Source: Bryobacterales bacterium (lineage in GTDB: Bacteria; Acidobacteriota; Terriglobia; Bryobacterales; Bryobacteraceae). Taken from it: 64,000 nt of DNA. Shown piece by piece: positions 49,360 to 59,607 of the stretch. Every line of letters starts with the position of its first letter. The stretch's first letter is position 1. The stretch spans positions 128,179 through 192,178 of the forward strand of contig CAWCAP010000009.1 of assembly GCA_963793395.1 (NCBI GenBank). The letters are read 5' to 3'. Under the pieces are notes generated by a model. That model had not been told where the DNA came from, ran no database searches, and worked only from the letters and a program-made list of their open reading frames with translations. Both the position numbers and the translations under genes were made by a program.

Positions 49360-50496
49360 ATGAGATTTTTTTCCACGTACGCGACCGTCCTCCTTGTCTT
49401 GGGTCTCTCGCCCGCAGCCTTCAGCGATGACGGCGGCCGCCTGTTGCGTGTGGATCACTACGTCGAAGTTCATTCGGCGGTCCCCGCGATTGCCGGACAA
49501 ACCACGCAGATTTATGTCCGGGAAGTAGTGGAAGCTGCAACAGTCCTACGCGGCGGACCCGCGCCCGATCGCGTTGCGCTTTTCATCCACGGCGCCGGCA
49601 CCCCTGCCGAGGTTTCCTTCGACGTTCCCTACCAGGACTACAGTTGGATGGCCTACCTCGCGCACGCTGGCTTCGACGTTTTTTCCATGGACATGACCGG
49701 CTATGGGCGCTCCACCCGTCCGCCAGCCATGAACGATCCCTGCAATCTTTCACGGGAGCAGCAGGCGGCCTTCGTGCCGGCTCTCATCCCAGCGGTCTGC
49801 GCCGCCACCTATTCACAGCAGATGACGACGCTTGCTTCCGATTGGCACGATATCGACGCGGTCGTCGATCGCGTGCGTGCACTGCGCCACGTGGACAAAC
49901 TGAACTTGCTCGCGTGGTCTTTGGGTGGCCCACGCTCGGCGGGATATGCCGCGCAGCATGCCGGCAAGGTCGCAAAACTGGTGCTGCTCGCTCCGGCCTA
50001 CAATCGAGCCGCGAAAGCCGATCCGCCCGCACAAGTCCCCGCCAGCGGCGTCGCCATGAACACGCAATCGCGCGACGAATTCATCGCCAATTGGGATCGC
50101 CAGGCCGGATGCCCGGGCCAATACGAAGCCGGCGCCCGCGACTCCGTCTGGTCGGAGATGATTCATTCGGACCCAGTCGGCGCGACCTGGGGCCCAGGCG
50201 TGCGGCGCGCCCCGCAAGTGACGAGCTGGGGATGGACCACGGCCGTGGTCGCCCAAACTCAAATCCCCACATTGATGGTTTCGGGCGCAACCGACAAGCA
50301 AGTCAATCCCGAACGTGTGCGAGAACTCTACACGGATCTGGGCTCGCCCAAGAAAGTGTTCATCGATCTCGCCTGTTCTTCCCACAACGCCATGTGGGAA
50401 AAGAATCACCTGCTGCTATTCAAGGCGTCGCTCGAGTGGCTGACGCAAGGCTCAGTCGAAGGCAAGCAGGAAGGGATGTTGCGGCTAGGCTATTGA
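49360..50496 (+). CDS. Secreted alpha/beta hydrolase
   Basis: Signal peptide. HGAGTPAE. Nucleophile elbow LLAWSLGGP. C-terminal SSHNAMWE. Confidence 0.8.
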   Translation: MRFFSTYATVLLVLGLSPAAFSDDGGRLLRVDHYVEVHSAVPAIAGQTTQIYVREVVEAATVLRGGPAPDRVALFIHGAGTPAEVSFDVPYQDYSWMAYLAHAGFDVFSMDMTGYGRSTRPPAMNDPCNLSREQQAAFVPALIPAVCAATYSQQMTTLASDWHDIDAVVDRVRALRHVDKLNLLAWSLGGPRSAGYAAQHAGKVAKLVLLAPAYNRAAKADPPAQVPASGVAMNTQSRDEFIANWDRQAGCPGQYEAGARDSVWSEMIHSDPVGATWGPGVRRAPQVTSWGWTTAVVAQTQIPTLMVSGATDKQVNPERVRELYTDLGSPKKVFIDLACSSHNAMWEKNHLLLFKASLEWLTQGSVEGKQEGMLRLGY

Positions 50497-50541
50497 GTTC
50501 CGCCGGCGCATCCGAAGCCGCGCGGAGCGCACCGGCCGGCC

Positions 50542-51060
50542 CTATTTCTTCTTGCCTTTCTCTTCAGCCCGCGAGGCCGTCGATGGCGGTACAATCCCGC
50601 TGGCGCGCAGATAACCCACCAGGTTTCCGTAGATCTCGTTGCTGTGCACGATCACGTGCAGGTACGCGTAGCTCACGCGCGGCGACGCTGCCGCCTTCTG
50701 GTCGTCCATCGTTTGCAGCACGGCGGCGCAGTAGTCGAAAGAATCCTTCAGGGCTTTGCTAACCTCCGCCTTTTCCTTCAAACTCGCAGCGTTCTTCTCG
50801 CCGGGCTGAGTCGGTTCGCCCCTCAGCACCGCGCAATCCCGATAGTTCCTCTCGATCGAATGCACCAGCCACTCGGCGAAGGTTCGCTGAGCCGGCGTTA
50901 ACCGGAAGCTATATTTTTCAGCGGGCATCACTTCAGCGCTGGCCTCGATACTAGCCCGGACGACATCGAAATATCGTTCCCTGGCAGCGGTAGTGATATT
51001 GTTCTGGGCATGCAACGTGGCGGAGGCGATCAAACAACAGAAAACGACGGGGATTTTCAT
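50542..51060 (-). CDS. DinB family protein with signal peptide
   Basis: ATG at 51060 (MKIPVVFCCLIASATLHAQ). DinB His triad context (WLVHSIE, HVIVHSNEIYGNLVGYLR). Confidence 0.7.
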   Translation of the reverse strand: MKIPVVFCCLIASATLHAQNNITTAARERYFDVVRASIEASAEVMPAEKYSFRLTPAQRTFAEWLVHSIERNYRDCAVLRGEPTQPGEKNAASLKEKAEVSKALKDSFDYCAAVLQTMDDQKAAASPRVSYAYLHVIVHSNEIYGNLVGYLRASGIVPPSTASRAEEKGKKK

Positions 51061-51110
51061 ATATTGAGCCAAGCCCTTTCAATCAACTGCCTATACTAAC
51101 AGAGCTATCG

Positions 51111-51332
51111 CTACTTCTTCTGGGTCACGGCGTATAAACTTTTGGTGGCCTTCCGGTAGGCGCGCCGTGCTTGCTTCTCTTTTCCGGCGGCAGCGTGATA
51201 CTGCTTGTCATTTTCCTTGGAGGGCCGGTTGACGGTCGCGACAAGGGCCGCTTTTTTCTCCTGAATGGACTCCAGATAGGCGCTCAGCGAAGCATCAAAA
51301 TCGCGTCTGGGCTTGATCTTGGTGGGGGGCAT
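51111..51332 (-). CDS. Small Lys-rich hypothetical protein
   Basis: 73-aa ORF with plausible composition and no recognisable family. Confidence 0.35.
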   Translation of the reverse strand: MPPTKIKPRRDFDASLSAYLESIQEKKAALVATVNRPSKENDKQYHAAAGKEKQARRAYRKATKSLYAVTQKK

Positions 51333-51520
51333 AACTGGGACTGTAACACAAATGTATTACGTCAACTCTTCACGGGTTTGAACTCGCCCAGCATCGACGG
51401 AATCAGTCCCGAAACGGCGGGATGAATGTGCATCGCGCGCTGGACGCGCCGTGCCATATGCGCCGCAGCGCTCGCAATCACGGCCTGGCCGCGCCGATCA
51501 CGATCGCGTCAACCCGGCGC

Positions 51521-51970
51521 TCATGAGACGATCCAGATCGCGCCTCCGATGGCGATGACGTCTTCGAGCAGCGCGATGGGAAGATCCTTGCCTCCAATGG
51601 CTTTCACCAGCCGCGCCCGGAATTCGTATCCACCCAGCGTTCCCGCAACGCCACCCAGCGCGCCTGCGATCAGGCCGCCGGCGTGCCCACCCGTGAGCGC
51701 CGCCCCGCACAGTGTTCCAGAAACAATCCGGAACAAGAACGGCCCCGGAGCTTTGCGGCTTGGCGTCTTCGGCAGCTTATCGGCGACCAATTCCCCGAGC
51801 GCAAGCACGGCGAGAATGTAAGGCGTGTACACAAAGCCGAAAAACGCGAGCCAGGTGTTGCCCAAGGGCAGCCATCCCAGCCGCGCAGCCCAGCTAACGG
51901 CTGCCAGCGGCGTCAAGGAACGAAGTCCCGCGGTTGCGCCAATGAGAAAGGCTAGGACGTAGGGAGACAT
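51521..51970 (-). CDS. DUF4126 family membrane protein
   Basis: ATG at 51970. MSPYVLAFLIGATAGLRSLTPLAAVSWAA...LGELVADKLPKTPSR... Confidence 0.65.
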   Translation of the reverse strand: MSPYVLAFLIGATAGLRSLTPLAAVSWAARLGWLPLGNTWLAFFGFVYTPYILAVLALGELVADKLPKTPSRKAPGPFLFRIVSGTLCGAALTGGHAGGLIAGALGGVAGTLGGYEFRARLVKAIGGKDLPIALLEDVIAIGGAIWIVS

Positions 51971-52155
51971 GATGCCACCATTGGACCACAGGATCCGGCC
52001 CGGGGGCGCCGTGGGAACCGGCCCATCCGGCATTCCTAATGACAACGGGTCATGGACCCGTCCAACTGCCTCAGGTGATTTTCTAGGTGTGCATAAGTGG
52101 AATCCCTCGTTCCCGCCCTCACCGCCCCTTGTTAGCCTGCAAATAGAGGAACTAC

Positions 52156-52776
52156 ATGCGCATCCTGGCATCTTTTCTATTGATTAACGCACTCGCCTTC
52201 GCCCAGAACTTGACCGAATTCGGCGCCGTCGCCGCCGGGAGCGCCGTGGGAGGCGCCAGCGGCAAGCCGGTCAGCAACAGCATCACCGCCATCTTCAGTA
52301 AAGCGGACCAGCAGGCCAAAGCTCCTGCTAAGCCGGCCGTAAAGGACACCGAGAAGGAGCCCGAGAAGGCACCGAAAAGAGAAACCGGGACGCAATCGGA
52401 AGCGCTCGTGGTTGCGCCTGGAGCGTCCGTTGCCGACCGCAGTGGCGTGCCGCCTCCGCCCTCACCGGCGGCGAAGCGCAATATCCCCACGACGGTCGCT
52501 GCCGAGCGATATGCGATTCCACAGGAAGTGGCTAGCATCGGTTCCTGGGCCGACGTTGCGCCGACCCTGCCGCCTCCGCCGGTGATGTCACCTGAAGAGC
52601 TTCGCGGTGTCTCGGCGGGCATGACCCGCGCCGACGTGCTGCGACTCGGCGCGCCTGCTTCCAAAATCACCATGTTTGAAGATGGGCATGTGATCGAGAT
52701 TTTCAGCTACTACCAAGACGGCCAAAAATTCGGTACCCTCCATTTCACCGACGGCGTGGTTTCGAGCGTCCAGTAG
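52156..52776 (+). CDS. Secreted hypothetical protein (Pro/Ala/Lys-rich linker plus small C-terminal domain)
   Basis: Signal peptide MRILASFLLINALAFAQ. No family recognised. Confidence 0.45.
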   Translation: MRILASFLLINALAFAQNLTEFGAVAAGSAVGGASGKPVSNSITAIFSKADQQAKAPAKPAVKDTEKEPEKAPKRETGTQSEALVVAPGASVADRSGVPPPPSPAAKRNIPTTVAAERYAIPQEVASIGSWADVAPTLPPPPVMSPEELRGVSAGMTRADVLRLGAPASKITMFEDGHVIEIFSYYQDGQKFGTLHFTDGVVSSVQ

Positions 52777-52919
52777 CGCACGCATCCGGGAGTCAACCCT
52801 CTCGCCGGGATCTACGCGAAGGTCACCTTCAGTCCCGGCGGTCCCCTCGCTTCCATCCGGCCCGCCAGTTAGATTCGACGGTTCTATCCGGGAACCAGGC
52901 AAGCGTGCGACCATGAAGC

Positions 52920-54485
52920 GTGAAGCTTGGCATCGATTTTGGCACTACGCGCATCGTGGTGGCCGCCGTCGATCGGGGGAACTATCCTCTGGTTCACTTC
53001 GAAACCCCGGATGGCGTCTACGATGAATGGTTTCCATCTCTGGTCTCCTTCCGGCCCGCGAGCGGCGGCACGAATGGCCGCCTGCAGCCCGCCGAGCGGC
53101 GCTACGGCTGGGACGCATGGCAGGGGCAAAGCGAGCCCGGCTGGGTCAATCTTCGCTCCATAAAGCGCTACCTGGAACACGCGGGGCCGGAGACCCGGCT
53201 CTCCTTGCACGGTACGCAGGTTCCGGTTACGGAACTGCTTCACGGCCTGCTCTCCTCGCTGCGCAGCGCGCTGGCCGCCCAATTCGGCGCGAAAGAGCCG
53301 TTCGAAGCCATGCTGGGAGTGCCGGCGAACGCCAATACCAACCAGCGATTTCTCACGGTCGACGCCTTCCGCCGCGCGGGCTTCTCCGTACTCGGGCTAC
53401 TCAACGAACCCTCCGCTGCGTCTATTGAATTTGGACACCGCCAGAAGTCCAAGGGCCGCATTTTGGTTTACGACCTGGGCGGCGGCACGTTCGACGTCTC
53501 GTTGGTGTCGATGGAAAATGGAACCCACACTGTTCTCGCGTCCGAGGGCATTTCGAATTTAGGCGGCGACGATTTCGACATCATGCTGGCGGAGCTGGCC
53601 GCGGGCAGGGAAGTGCTGCATTCGCTCACGCTCGCCGAAATGTTCCGGCTCGACGAGGAGTGCCGCCGCCAGAAAGAAGCGCTGCATCCGAATTCTCGCA
53701 AGATCGTAATCGACCTGGATGTTGCGCGTGAGGGCCTAGGCCAGGCCGTCGTGCCGGTGGCCGAGTTTTACGAGCATTGCCGCCCGCTGCTGGATGAATC
53801 GCTGGCCCTGGCCTTGAAGGTCGCGCGCGGCGAAAATATCGAAGCCCTGTATGTAACCGGCGGCGGCAGCGAACTCCCCTTAGTCACGCGTCTGTTGCGC
53901 GAAGAATTCGGACGCAAGGTGATTCGCAGCGAGTATACCCGCTCTGCCACCGCCATCGGTCTAGCCATTCAGGCGGATTCGGCTTCGGGCTACAAGCTGC
54001 GCGAGATGTTCACGCGCGATTTCGGCGTTTGGCGCGAAGGCCAGGGCGGCGAGCGCATGATCTTCGATCCTATTTTCGCGCGCGGAACGCGTCTGCCCTC
54101 AGCCGGCGATCCGCCGCTCTCTGTTAGCCGGGTCTATCGTCCGGTCCATAACATCGGCGATTTCCGCTATATCGAAGCCAGCCACTTGGGCAAACAAGGT
54201 GAACCGGCGGGAGACATCGCGGTCTGGGATGAAATTCTGTTTCCCTTCGATCCGTCGCTCCGTCACACAACATCGCTGGAAGGTGTCCCGGTCTTGCGTT
54301 CGGACGCCGTGGCTGCGGAAGAAATCGAAGAGAACTACGCGTGCGACGCGGCGGGGGTCGTCAAAGTCACCATCCGCAACCTGACGTCGAGCTACTCTCG
54401 CGAGTTCAGTCTTGGGCGCTGGAGCGGGAAGGCTGCCGTAGTTGCGCCCTCCGCCGGAAAGCGCGTCCGCAGAGCCGCGACATAA
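52920..54485 (+). CDS. Atypical Hsp70-family (actin-like ATPase) protein
   Basis: GTG start gives MKLGIDFGTTRIVVA (phosphate-1). LLNEPSAASIEFG. VYDLGGGTFDVSLV (phosphate-2). LGGDDFD. YVTGGGSELP. 521 aa, with a non-canonical C-terminal domain. Confidence 0.8.
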   Translation: MKLGIDFGTTRIVVAAVDRGNYPLVHFETPDGVYDEWFPSLVSFRPASGGTNGRLQPAERRYGWDAWQGQSEPGWVNLRSIKRYLEHAGPETRLSLHGTQVPVTELLHGLLSSLRSALAAQFGAKEPFEAMLGVPANANTNQRFLTVDAFRRAGFSVLGLLNEPSAASIEFGHRQKSKGRILVYDLGGGTFDVSLVSMENGTHTVLASEGISNLGGDDFDIMLAELAAGREVLHSLTLAEMFRLDEECRRQKEALHPNSRKIVIDLDVAREGLGQAVVPVAEFYEHCRPLLDESLALALKVARGENIEALYVTGGGSELPLVTRLLREEFGRKVIRSEYTRSATAIGLAIQADSASGYKLREMFTRDFGVWREGQGGERMIFDPIFARGTRLPSAGDPPLSVSRVYRPVHNIGDFRYIEASHLGKQGEPAGDIAVWDEILFPFDPSLRHTTSLEGVPVLRSDAVAAEEIEENYACDAAGVVKVTIRNLTSSYSREFSLGRWSGKAAVVAPSAGKRVRRAAT

Positions 54486-54521
54486 AGCAAAATCGCGCGC
54501 GACAAGCTACTCTCGGTAGAG

Positions 54522-55484
54522 ATGCAAGTGCCTATCAAGCGCGCGATCGAGCGCGTGCCCGGCGGAATGATGATCGTACCGCTGATTCTCGGCTCCATGA
54601 TCGTCACCTTCGCGCCTGCTACGGCAAGCTTTTTCGGATCGTTTACGGGCGCTCTCTTCACTGGTTCCTTGCCCATTCTGGCAGTGTTCTACGTGTGCCT
54701 TGGCGCGACCATCCCCTTCGAGGCGCTTCCCCGGATCGCAAAACGCGGCGGCACGTTGCTCGCCACAAAAATCATCGTAGGGATTCTGGCGGGGTTGGTC
54801 CTTGGCCACTTGCTGGGCGAGCGGCCGATCACGCACGGATGGTTCGCAGGCATTTCCACGCTGGCGGTGGTCGCGGCCATCAACGACACCAACGGTGGAC
54901 TTTACATGGCGCTCATGGAACAATGCGGGCGTGCCGAAGACGCTGGTGCTTACGCGCTCATGTCTCTTGAAAGCGGGCCTTTCCTGACCATGCTTACTCT
55001 CGGAGTCGCGGGATTGTCAGCGTTTCCCTGGCAGACGCTTGTCGGCGCGATTCTTCCGCTCGTGGTGGGACTCCTACTGGGCAATCTAGACCACGAGCTG
55101 CGGATTTTTCTAGGCCGCGCCGCCCCCACGATGATTCCGTTTTTCGGGTTTGCGCTTGGAGCGACACTGGATTTGCACCGCGTGTGGCAAGCCGGCATGC
55201 TCGGTCTGGCACTCGGGCTTTGCGTAGTGGCCGTCTCCGGAGCCGCTTTGCTGGTCGCCGATCGCCTCACGGGAGGCACTGGCACCGCCGGACTCGCCGC
55301 CGCGACTACCGCCGGGAATGCGGCGGCTGTCCCCGCGATTGTGGCTTCCGCGAATCCGGCGTACGCGGAAGCCGCGGCATCAGCCACGGTTTTGGTAGCG
55401 GCCAGCGTCATTGTCACGGCGCTCTGCGCTCCACTTTTGACGATATGGTGGGCGCGCCGGACATCGACAACAGAGCGGCCATGA
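54522..55484 (+). CDS. kdgT: 2-keto-3-deoxygluconate permease family transporter
   Basis: [28 protein letters not shown]...[25 protein letters not shown], collinear with KdgT as I recall it. Confidence 0.8.
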   Translation: MQVPIKRAIERVPGGMMIVPLILGSMIVTFAPATASFFGSFTGALFTGSLPILAVFYVCLGATIPFEALPRIAKRGGTLLATKIIVGILAGLVLGHLLGERPITHGWFAGISTLAVVAAINDTNGGLYMALMEQCGRAEDAGAYALMSLESGPFLTMLTLGVAGLSAFPWQTLVGAILPLVVGLLLGNLDHELRIFLGRAAPTMIPFFGFALGATLDLHRVWQAGMLGLALGLCVVAVSGAALLVADRLTGGTGTAGLAAATTAGNAAAVPAIVASANPAYAEAAASATVLVAASVIVTALCAPLLTIWWARRTSTTERP

Positions 55485-56671
55485 GCGGAGCCGCTCAGAT
55501 CGTAATGATCGCCGACGATCTCTCCGGCGCGGCCGACTGCGCCGTGGGTTGCGCCGTCCAGGGCCTGCGCACGGTCGTCCAGTTGTCCGAAGCGCCGTCG
55601 TCCGAACCCGCGCAGGTATTGGCGATCGATGCCGCTACTCGAAGCATGACCCCGGCGCGTGCGGCTGCCACCATCGGGCGCATCGCCGCAACCTACCAAC
55701 ACAAACCGGGCCGCGTCCTTTTCAAAAAACTTGACTCGCTCTTGCGAGGCCACATCGGTCCAGAGCTGGCCGCGATGCGGAATGGACGCGCTCCGGCGGT
55801 GATTGTAATGGCCCCGGCACTTCCAGCGCAGGGTCGCACGACGATCGACGGTTGCCAGCGTCTGCACGGGCAACGATTGGAAAACGCGGAGGCGCCGCGG
55901 CTTCTGGAATCCGCTGGCCTCACTTCAACGCAAATCAATCTGTCTTTGATTCGCGGCGCATCGCGGCAGTTGGCAGCAACCATGGCCGCACTTGCGGCTC
56001 AGCACAGTGTCTTAATTTGTGACGCCGAGTCGGAAGCTGATCTGCGATCCATCGCCGCAGCCATTGCAACGATGCCGCATGCAGGATGGGAGGGCTCGAT
56101 CGTTTGGGCAGGTTCTTCCGGACTCGCCCGGCACATCCCGGAAGCAATGGGTATTCCCGGCACTCCTGGTCAAAACGAGGCGCCGCGCTTTCGCGGTCCC
56201 ATTCTTGTGGTTGTCGGAAGCCGGACCGCCGTGGCGCATGAACAGGCTTGCGAGGCGGCGCGGTCCGTCGGAATGTCAACCGTGTCCCTGTCGCCCCAAG
56301 AACTTCTTGAAGCACACAGTCCCGCGCTGGGAGACGCGCTCGATTCCGGCAGCGACGTGATGACTGTGATCGATTCGATCGGCGGGGCCTCCGAAGATCC
56401 GCGGCTCTGTGCGGCTCTAGCGTCCCTCGCGTCGCCGCACATAGACAAAGTAGGCGCACTTATCGTCACTGGCGGAGAGACAGCGCGCTCCGTTCTCACG
56501 GCGTCGGATATCGCGGGTCTCCGCTTATTGCGCGAGGTCGAGCCGGGTGTTCCACTGGCCGTTTCCACCGGGGCGCGTCAGATCCCTGTGATCACGAAAT
56601 CCGGATCTTTCGGTAGCCGTACGACCCTCGCCCATTGTGTGCAGGTGCTTCGAGGGCTGAAACTGGAATAG
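55481..56671 (+). CDS. Four-carbon acid-sugar kinase (DUF1537 family; DtnK/DenK/OtnK-like)
   Basis: ATG at 55481 overlaps the kdgT stop (ATGA). N-terminus [16 protein letters not shown]-terminal ITKSGSFG. Confidence 0.8.
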   Translation: MSGAAQIVMIADDLSGAADCAVGCAVQGLRTVVQLSEAPSSEPAQVLAIDAATRSMTPARAAATIGRIAATYQHKPGRVLFKKLDSLLRGHIGPELAAMRNGRAPAVIVMAPALPAQGRTTIDGCQRLHGQRLENAEAPRLLESAGLTSTQINLSLIRGASRQLAATMAALAAQHSVLICDAESEADLRSIAAAIATMPHAGWEGSIVWAGSSGLARHIPEAMGIPGTPGQNEAPRFRGPILVVVGSRTAVAHEQACEAARSVGMSTVSLSPQELLEAHSPALGDALDSGSDVMTVIDSIGGASEDPRLCAALASLASPHIDKVGALIVTGGETARSVLTASDIAGLRLLREVEPGVPLAVSTGARQIPVITKSGSFGSRTTLAHCVQVLRGLKLE

Positions 56672-56674
56672 AGA

Positions 56675-57679
56675 ATGCCTGGACCTCGAATCGCAATCAC
56701 CATGGGCGACGCCGCTGGCGTCGGTCCCGAAATCATCATGAAGAGCCTGGGGCATCGCGACCTGTATGCGCGTTGCCGCCCGATTGTGATCGGCGACGCC
56801 GAACGCTTGCGCGCGGCTGGACGACTGGTTGGAACGGACCTTGCCGTCGCCGCCATCGCCAACAGCGAGCCGGATCTTGCACATGCCGGCGAGCGGCCTG
56901 GCACCGTCGATTGCATCGATCTCGGCCTGATCCCGACGGATCTCCCCTGGGGAAAGCTTTCGGCCGTGGCCGGAGATGCGGCCTTTCGCTACATTCAGAC
57001 GGCCACGCAATTGGCCATGGCGCGGAAAGTCGCAGCCATCTGTACGGCTCCTCTCAACAAGGAAGCGCTGCACGCCGGCGGGCACATCTACCCGGGCCAC
57101 ACCGAACTCCTCGCCGCCTTGACCGGAACGCCTGAGGTCTCGATGATGCTCACCGCGCCGAATCTGCGCGTGATCCACGTCACCACTCACATGGGACTTC
57201 TGGATGCTATCAATCGCATCGAGCCTGGATTAGTCACCCGCACCATCGCGCGCGGCCACGAGGTTTTAGTTAAGGCCGGCATTCCTCGCCAAAAGATCGG
57301 CGTCTGTGGAATCAATCCGCACGCCGGCGAAAACGGATTATTCGGCCGCGGCGAAGAGGAATCCAAGATTATTCCAGCCGTCGAAGCCTGCCGCGCCAAA
57401 GGTTGGGATATCGAAGGCCCCTTGCCCGCCGATACGCTGTTCTACCGCGCCGGACGCGGGGATTTCGACATGGTGGTGGCCATGTATCACGATCAGGGGC
57501 ACGGACCGGTGAAGGTGCTGGGCCTTGAAGCAGGCGTGAATATTACCATCGGCCTGCCGGTCATTCGGACATCTGTGGATCACGGAACCGCCTTCGACAT
57601 CGCCGGTACTGGCAAGGCCGACGAACGAAGCTTGCTTGAAGCGCTTCGCCAAGCCATCGCGCTGGCGCCGTCCGATTGA
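56675..57679 (+). CDS. PdxA-family 4-hydroxythreonine-4-phosphate dehydrogenase-like enzyme (PdxA2-like)
   Basis: IAITMGDAAGVGPEI, YPGHTELLA, VIHVTTHM, GINPHAGENG, MYHDQGH, RTSVDHGTAFDIAG. Confidence 0.9.
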   Translation: MPGPRIAITMGDAAGVGPEIIMKSLGHRDLYARCRPIVIGDAERLRAAGRLVGTDLAVAAIANSEPDLAHAGERPGTVDCIDLGLIPTDLPWGKLSAVAGDAAFRYIQTATQLAMARKVAAICTAPLNKEALHAGGHIYPGHTELLAALTGTPEVSMMLTAPNLRVIHVTTHMGLLDAINRIEPGLVTRTIARGHEVLVKAGIPRQKIGVCGINPHAGENGLFGRGEEESKIIPAVEACRAKGWDIEGPLPADTLFYRAGRGDFDMVVAMYHDQGHGPVKVLGLEAGVNITIGLPVIRTSVDHGTAFDIAGTGKADERSLLEALRQAIALAPSD

Positions 57680-57695
57680 AGATCTGCTTAAAGGA

Positions 57696-58469
57696 ATGCA
57701 AATGACAACGCCCGCGCTATTTGATTTAACCGGCCAGGTGGCTGTGGTTACCGGCGGCAACCGCGGGATTGGACGCGGCATTGCCCTCGGACTGGCCCAG
57801 GCCGGAGCCGCTGTTGCTGTGTTCGGACGAAACGAAGAGAAGAACCGGCAGGTACTCTCCGAGTTGAAAGCCATCGGCGTTCCTGCCATGGCGGTGAAGG
57901 TTGACATGACCGATCGCGCCGGATTGGAGCCCGCCTTGAATAGCGTCGAGAGCAAGCTTGGCAGCGTAAGCATCATCGTCAACAATGCCGGCAACGTGTC
58001 ACTGAGCGGCGGTGTGCTGAACGAAAAGCCGGAAGATTGGGACTGTGTCATCGAGACTCAGCTCAATTCCGTCTTTTTGCTTTCGAAGCTCGCGGCCAAA
58101 TCGATGGTTGCTCACAGGCGCGGGAAGATTATCAACATCGGTAGCATGTACTCGTACTTTGGGTCCGGACTCATCCCCTCCTACAGCGCGGCGAAAGGCG
58201 CCATCGTCCAACTCACCAAGTCCATGGCGATCGAGCTCGCACCGCATAACATCCAGGTCAATGCGATCGCCCCAGGATGGATCGAAACTGACATGACGGC
58301 GCCGGTCCGCAGCATGCCCTTGAACGGCGAGATTCTCGCGCGGACTCCGGCTGGCCGGTGGGGTCAGCCGGAGGAAGTTGCCGGAACCGCCGTGTATTTG
58401 GCTTCGCGCGCTTCGGACTTCGTTACCGGCACCACCATTCGTGTCGATGGCGGTTACGCGATCCGCTAG
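57696..58469 (+). CDS. SDR family oxidoreductase (KduD/gluconate-5-dehydrogenase-like)
   Basis: VAVVTGGNRGIGRGIA, NNAG, YSAAK catalytic motif, IRVDGGY. Confidence 0.9.
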   Translation: MQMTTPALFDLTGQVAVVTGGNRGIGRGIALGLAQAGAAVAVFGRNEEKNRQVLSELKAIGVPAMAVKVDMTDRAGLEPALNSVESKLGSVSIIVNNAGNVSLSGGVLNEKPEDWDCVIETQLNSVFLLSKLAAKSMVAHRRGKIINIGSMYSYFGSGLIPSYSAAKGAIVQLTKSMAIELAPHNIQVNAIAPGWIETDMTAPVRSMPLNGEILARTPAGRWGQPEEVAGTAVYLASRASDFVTGTTIRVDGGYAIR

Positions 58470-58481
58470 CTCTGTCCCTAT

Positions 58482-58880
58482 TTATCGGGGCATCAACGCT
58501 ACCCGCTCCAGGCCCGCGCCTTTTGCAATATCGATCACCTCAGCGATGTACTGGAAGTCCAGATCTTTCTTGGCGCGCACAAAGATCACGTGATTCGGAG
58601 CGTTCTTGAAAACGTTCTTCAGCCGGGCGTCCAGGTCTTCCAGGGCGACCGATTCTTCGTTGAGACGAACCGTCCGATTTCCCAGCACGGTGACGACGAC
58701 ATCGTCCCGCGGCGTCGACGCCTTTTGGTCCGACGATTCCGGAGCCGAAGCTTTCAGGCCATGTGAAAGCGTGGGCTGGACCAGCAAGAAGATGATGATC
58801 AGAACCAGAAGAACATCAATCAGCGGCGTCACATTCATTTCCGCTTTCTGATGGAAGCCTCCACCCACCGACATCGACAT
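58482..58880 (-). CDS. exbD: Biopolymer transport protein ExbD/TolR
   Basis: ATG at 58880 after GAGGAG. NVTPLIDVLLVLIIIFLL TM helix and ExbD periplasmic domain. Confidence 0.85.
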   Translation of the reverse strand: MSMSVGGGFHQKAEMNVTPLIDVLLVLIIIFLLVQPTLSHGLKASAPESSDQKASTPRDDVVVTVLGNRTVRLNEESVALEDLDARLKNVFKNAPNHVIFVRAKKDLDFQYIAEVIDIAKGAGLERVALMPR

Positions 58881-58991
58881 TGTTGTTTGCTCCTCGGCTT
58901 CTTGGACACTGCCCCTCAAGCGAAAGTTCCCCCCAAACGGCGGCCCCCGCGCCGCGATGGCTGCTTAGGAATATGCCTCATAATTGGAATA

Positions 58992-59603
58992 GTGATTATC
59001 GATCCTCAGGCGGTTCCAGCTTCCATCGCCTATCAACTTCTCACCACTACCGTCATTCCACGCCCCATAGGCTTCATTTCTTCGTTGTCCCCCGAAGGCG
59101 TGGCCAACTTGGCGCCCTTCAGCTTCTTCAACGCCGTGTGCGGGGAGCCGCCCATGATCATGTTCTGTGCGTCCAATCGAAGTCCGCTGAAGGACACGCT
59201 GCGCAATGTCCAAGCCATGCGCGAATTCGTGGTGAACATCGTCAGCGAAGAGATCGCCGAGGCAATGAATTTGACCGCCGCCAATTACGCGCCCGAGATC
59301 AGCGAATTCGACGTCTCCGGGCTCACGCCGGTTCCCAGCGACCTCGTCCGCCCGCCGCGCGTTCTCGAATCGCCGGTGAATATGGAATGCCGGGTCCACG
59401 ACATTATCGAGGTGAGCGCGAAGCCCATGGGAGGAAACGTTGTGATTGGCGAAGTGATCCGTTTTCACGTGCAGGATAGTATCATTGACAAAGACATGTT
59501 CATCGATCCCGACAAACTCAAGCCCATCGCGCGCCTGGGCGGCCCTTCCTATAGCCGCATCCGCGACCGCTTTGACATGCTCCGGCCGGTGGTCAAAAAA
59601 TAG
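58992..59603 (+). CDS. Flavin reductase-like FMN-binding (split-barrel) protein
   Basis: The in-frame GTG at 58992 avoids overlap with exbD. IAYQLLTTTVIPRPIGFISSLSPEGVANLAPFSFFN...RPPRVLESPVNMECRV. Confidence 0.75.
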   Translation: MIIDPQAVPASIAYQLLTTTVIPRPIGFISSLSPEGVANLAPFSFFNAVCGEPPMIMFCASNRSPLKDTLRNVQAMREFVVNIVSEEIAEAMNLTAANYAPEISEFDVSGLTPVPSDLVRPPRVLESPVNMECRVHDIIEVSAKPMGGNVVIGEVIRFHVQDSIIDKDMFIDPDKLKPIARLGGPSYSRIRDRFDMLRPVVKK

Positions 59604-59607
59604 CGGA

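Noticed and set aside
58881-59607. Expected glycine riboswitch upstream of gcvT.
   Set aside because: gcvT starts 4 nt after the flavin reductase gene, so there is no room for a leader. The 110-nt gap before the flavin reductase shows no GGAGAG...ACCGAAGGGGCAA-type core on the + strand.
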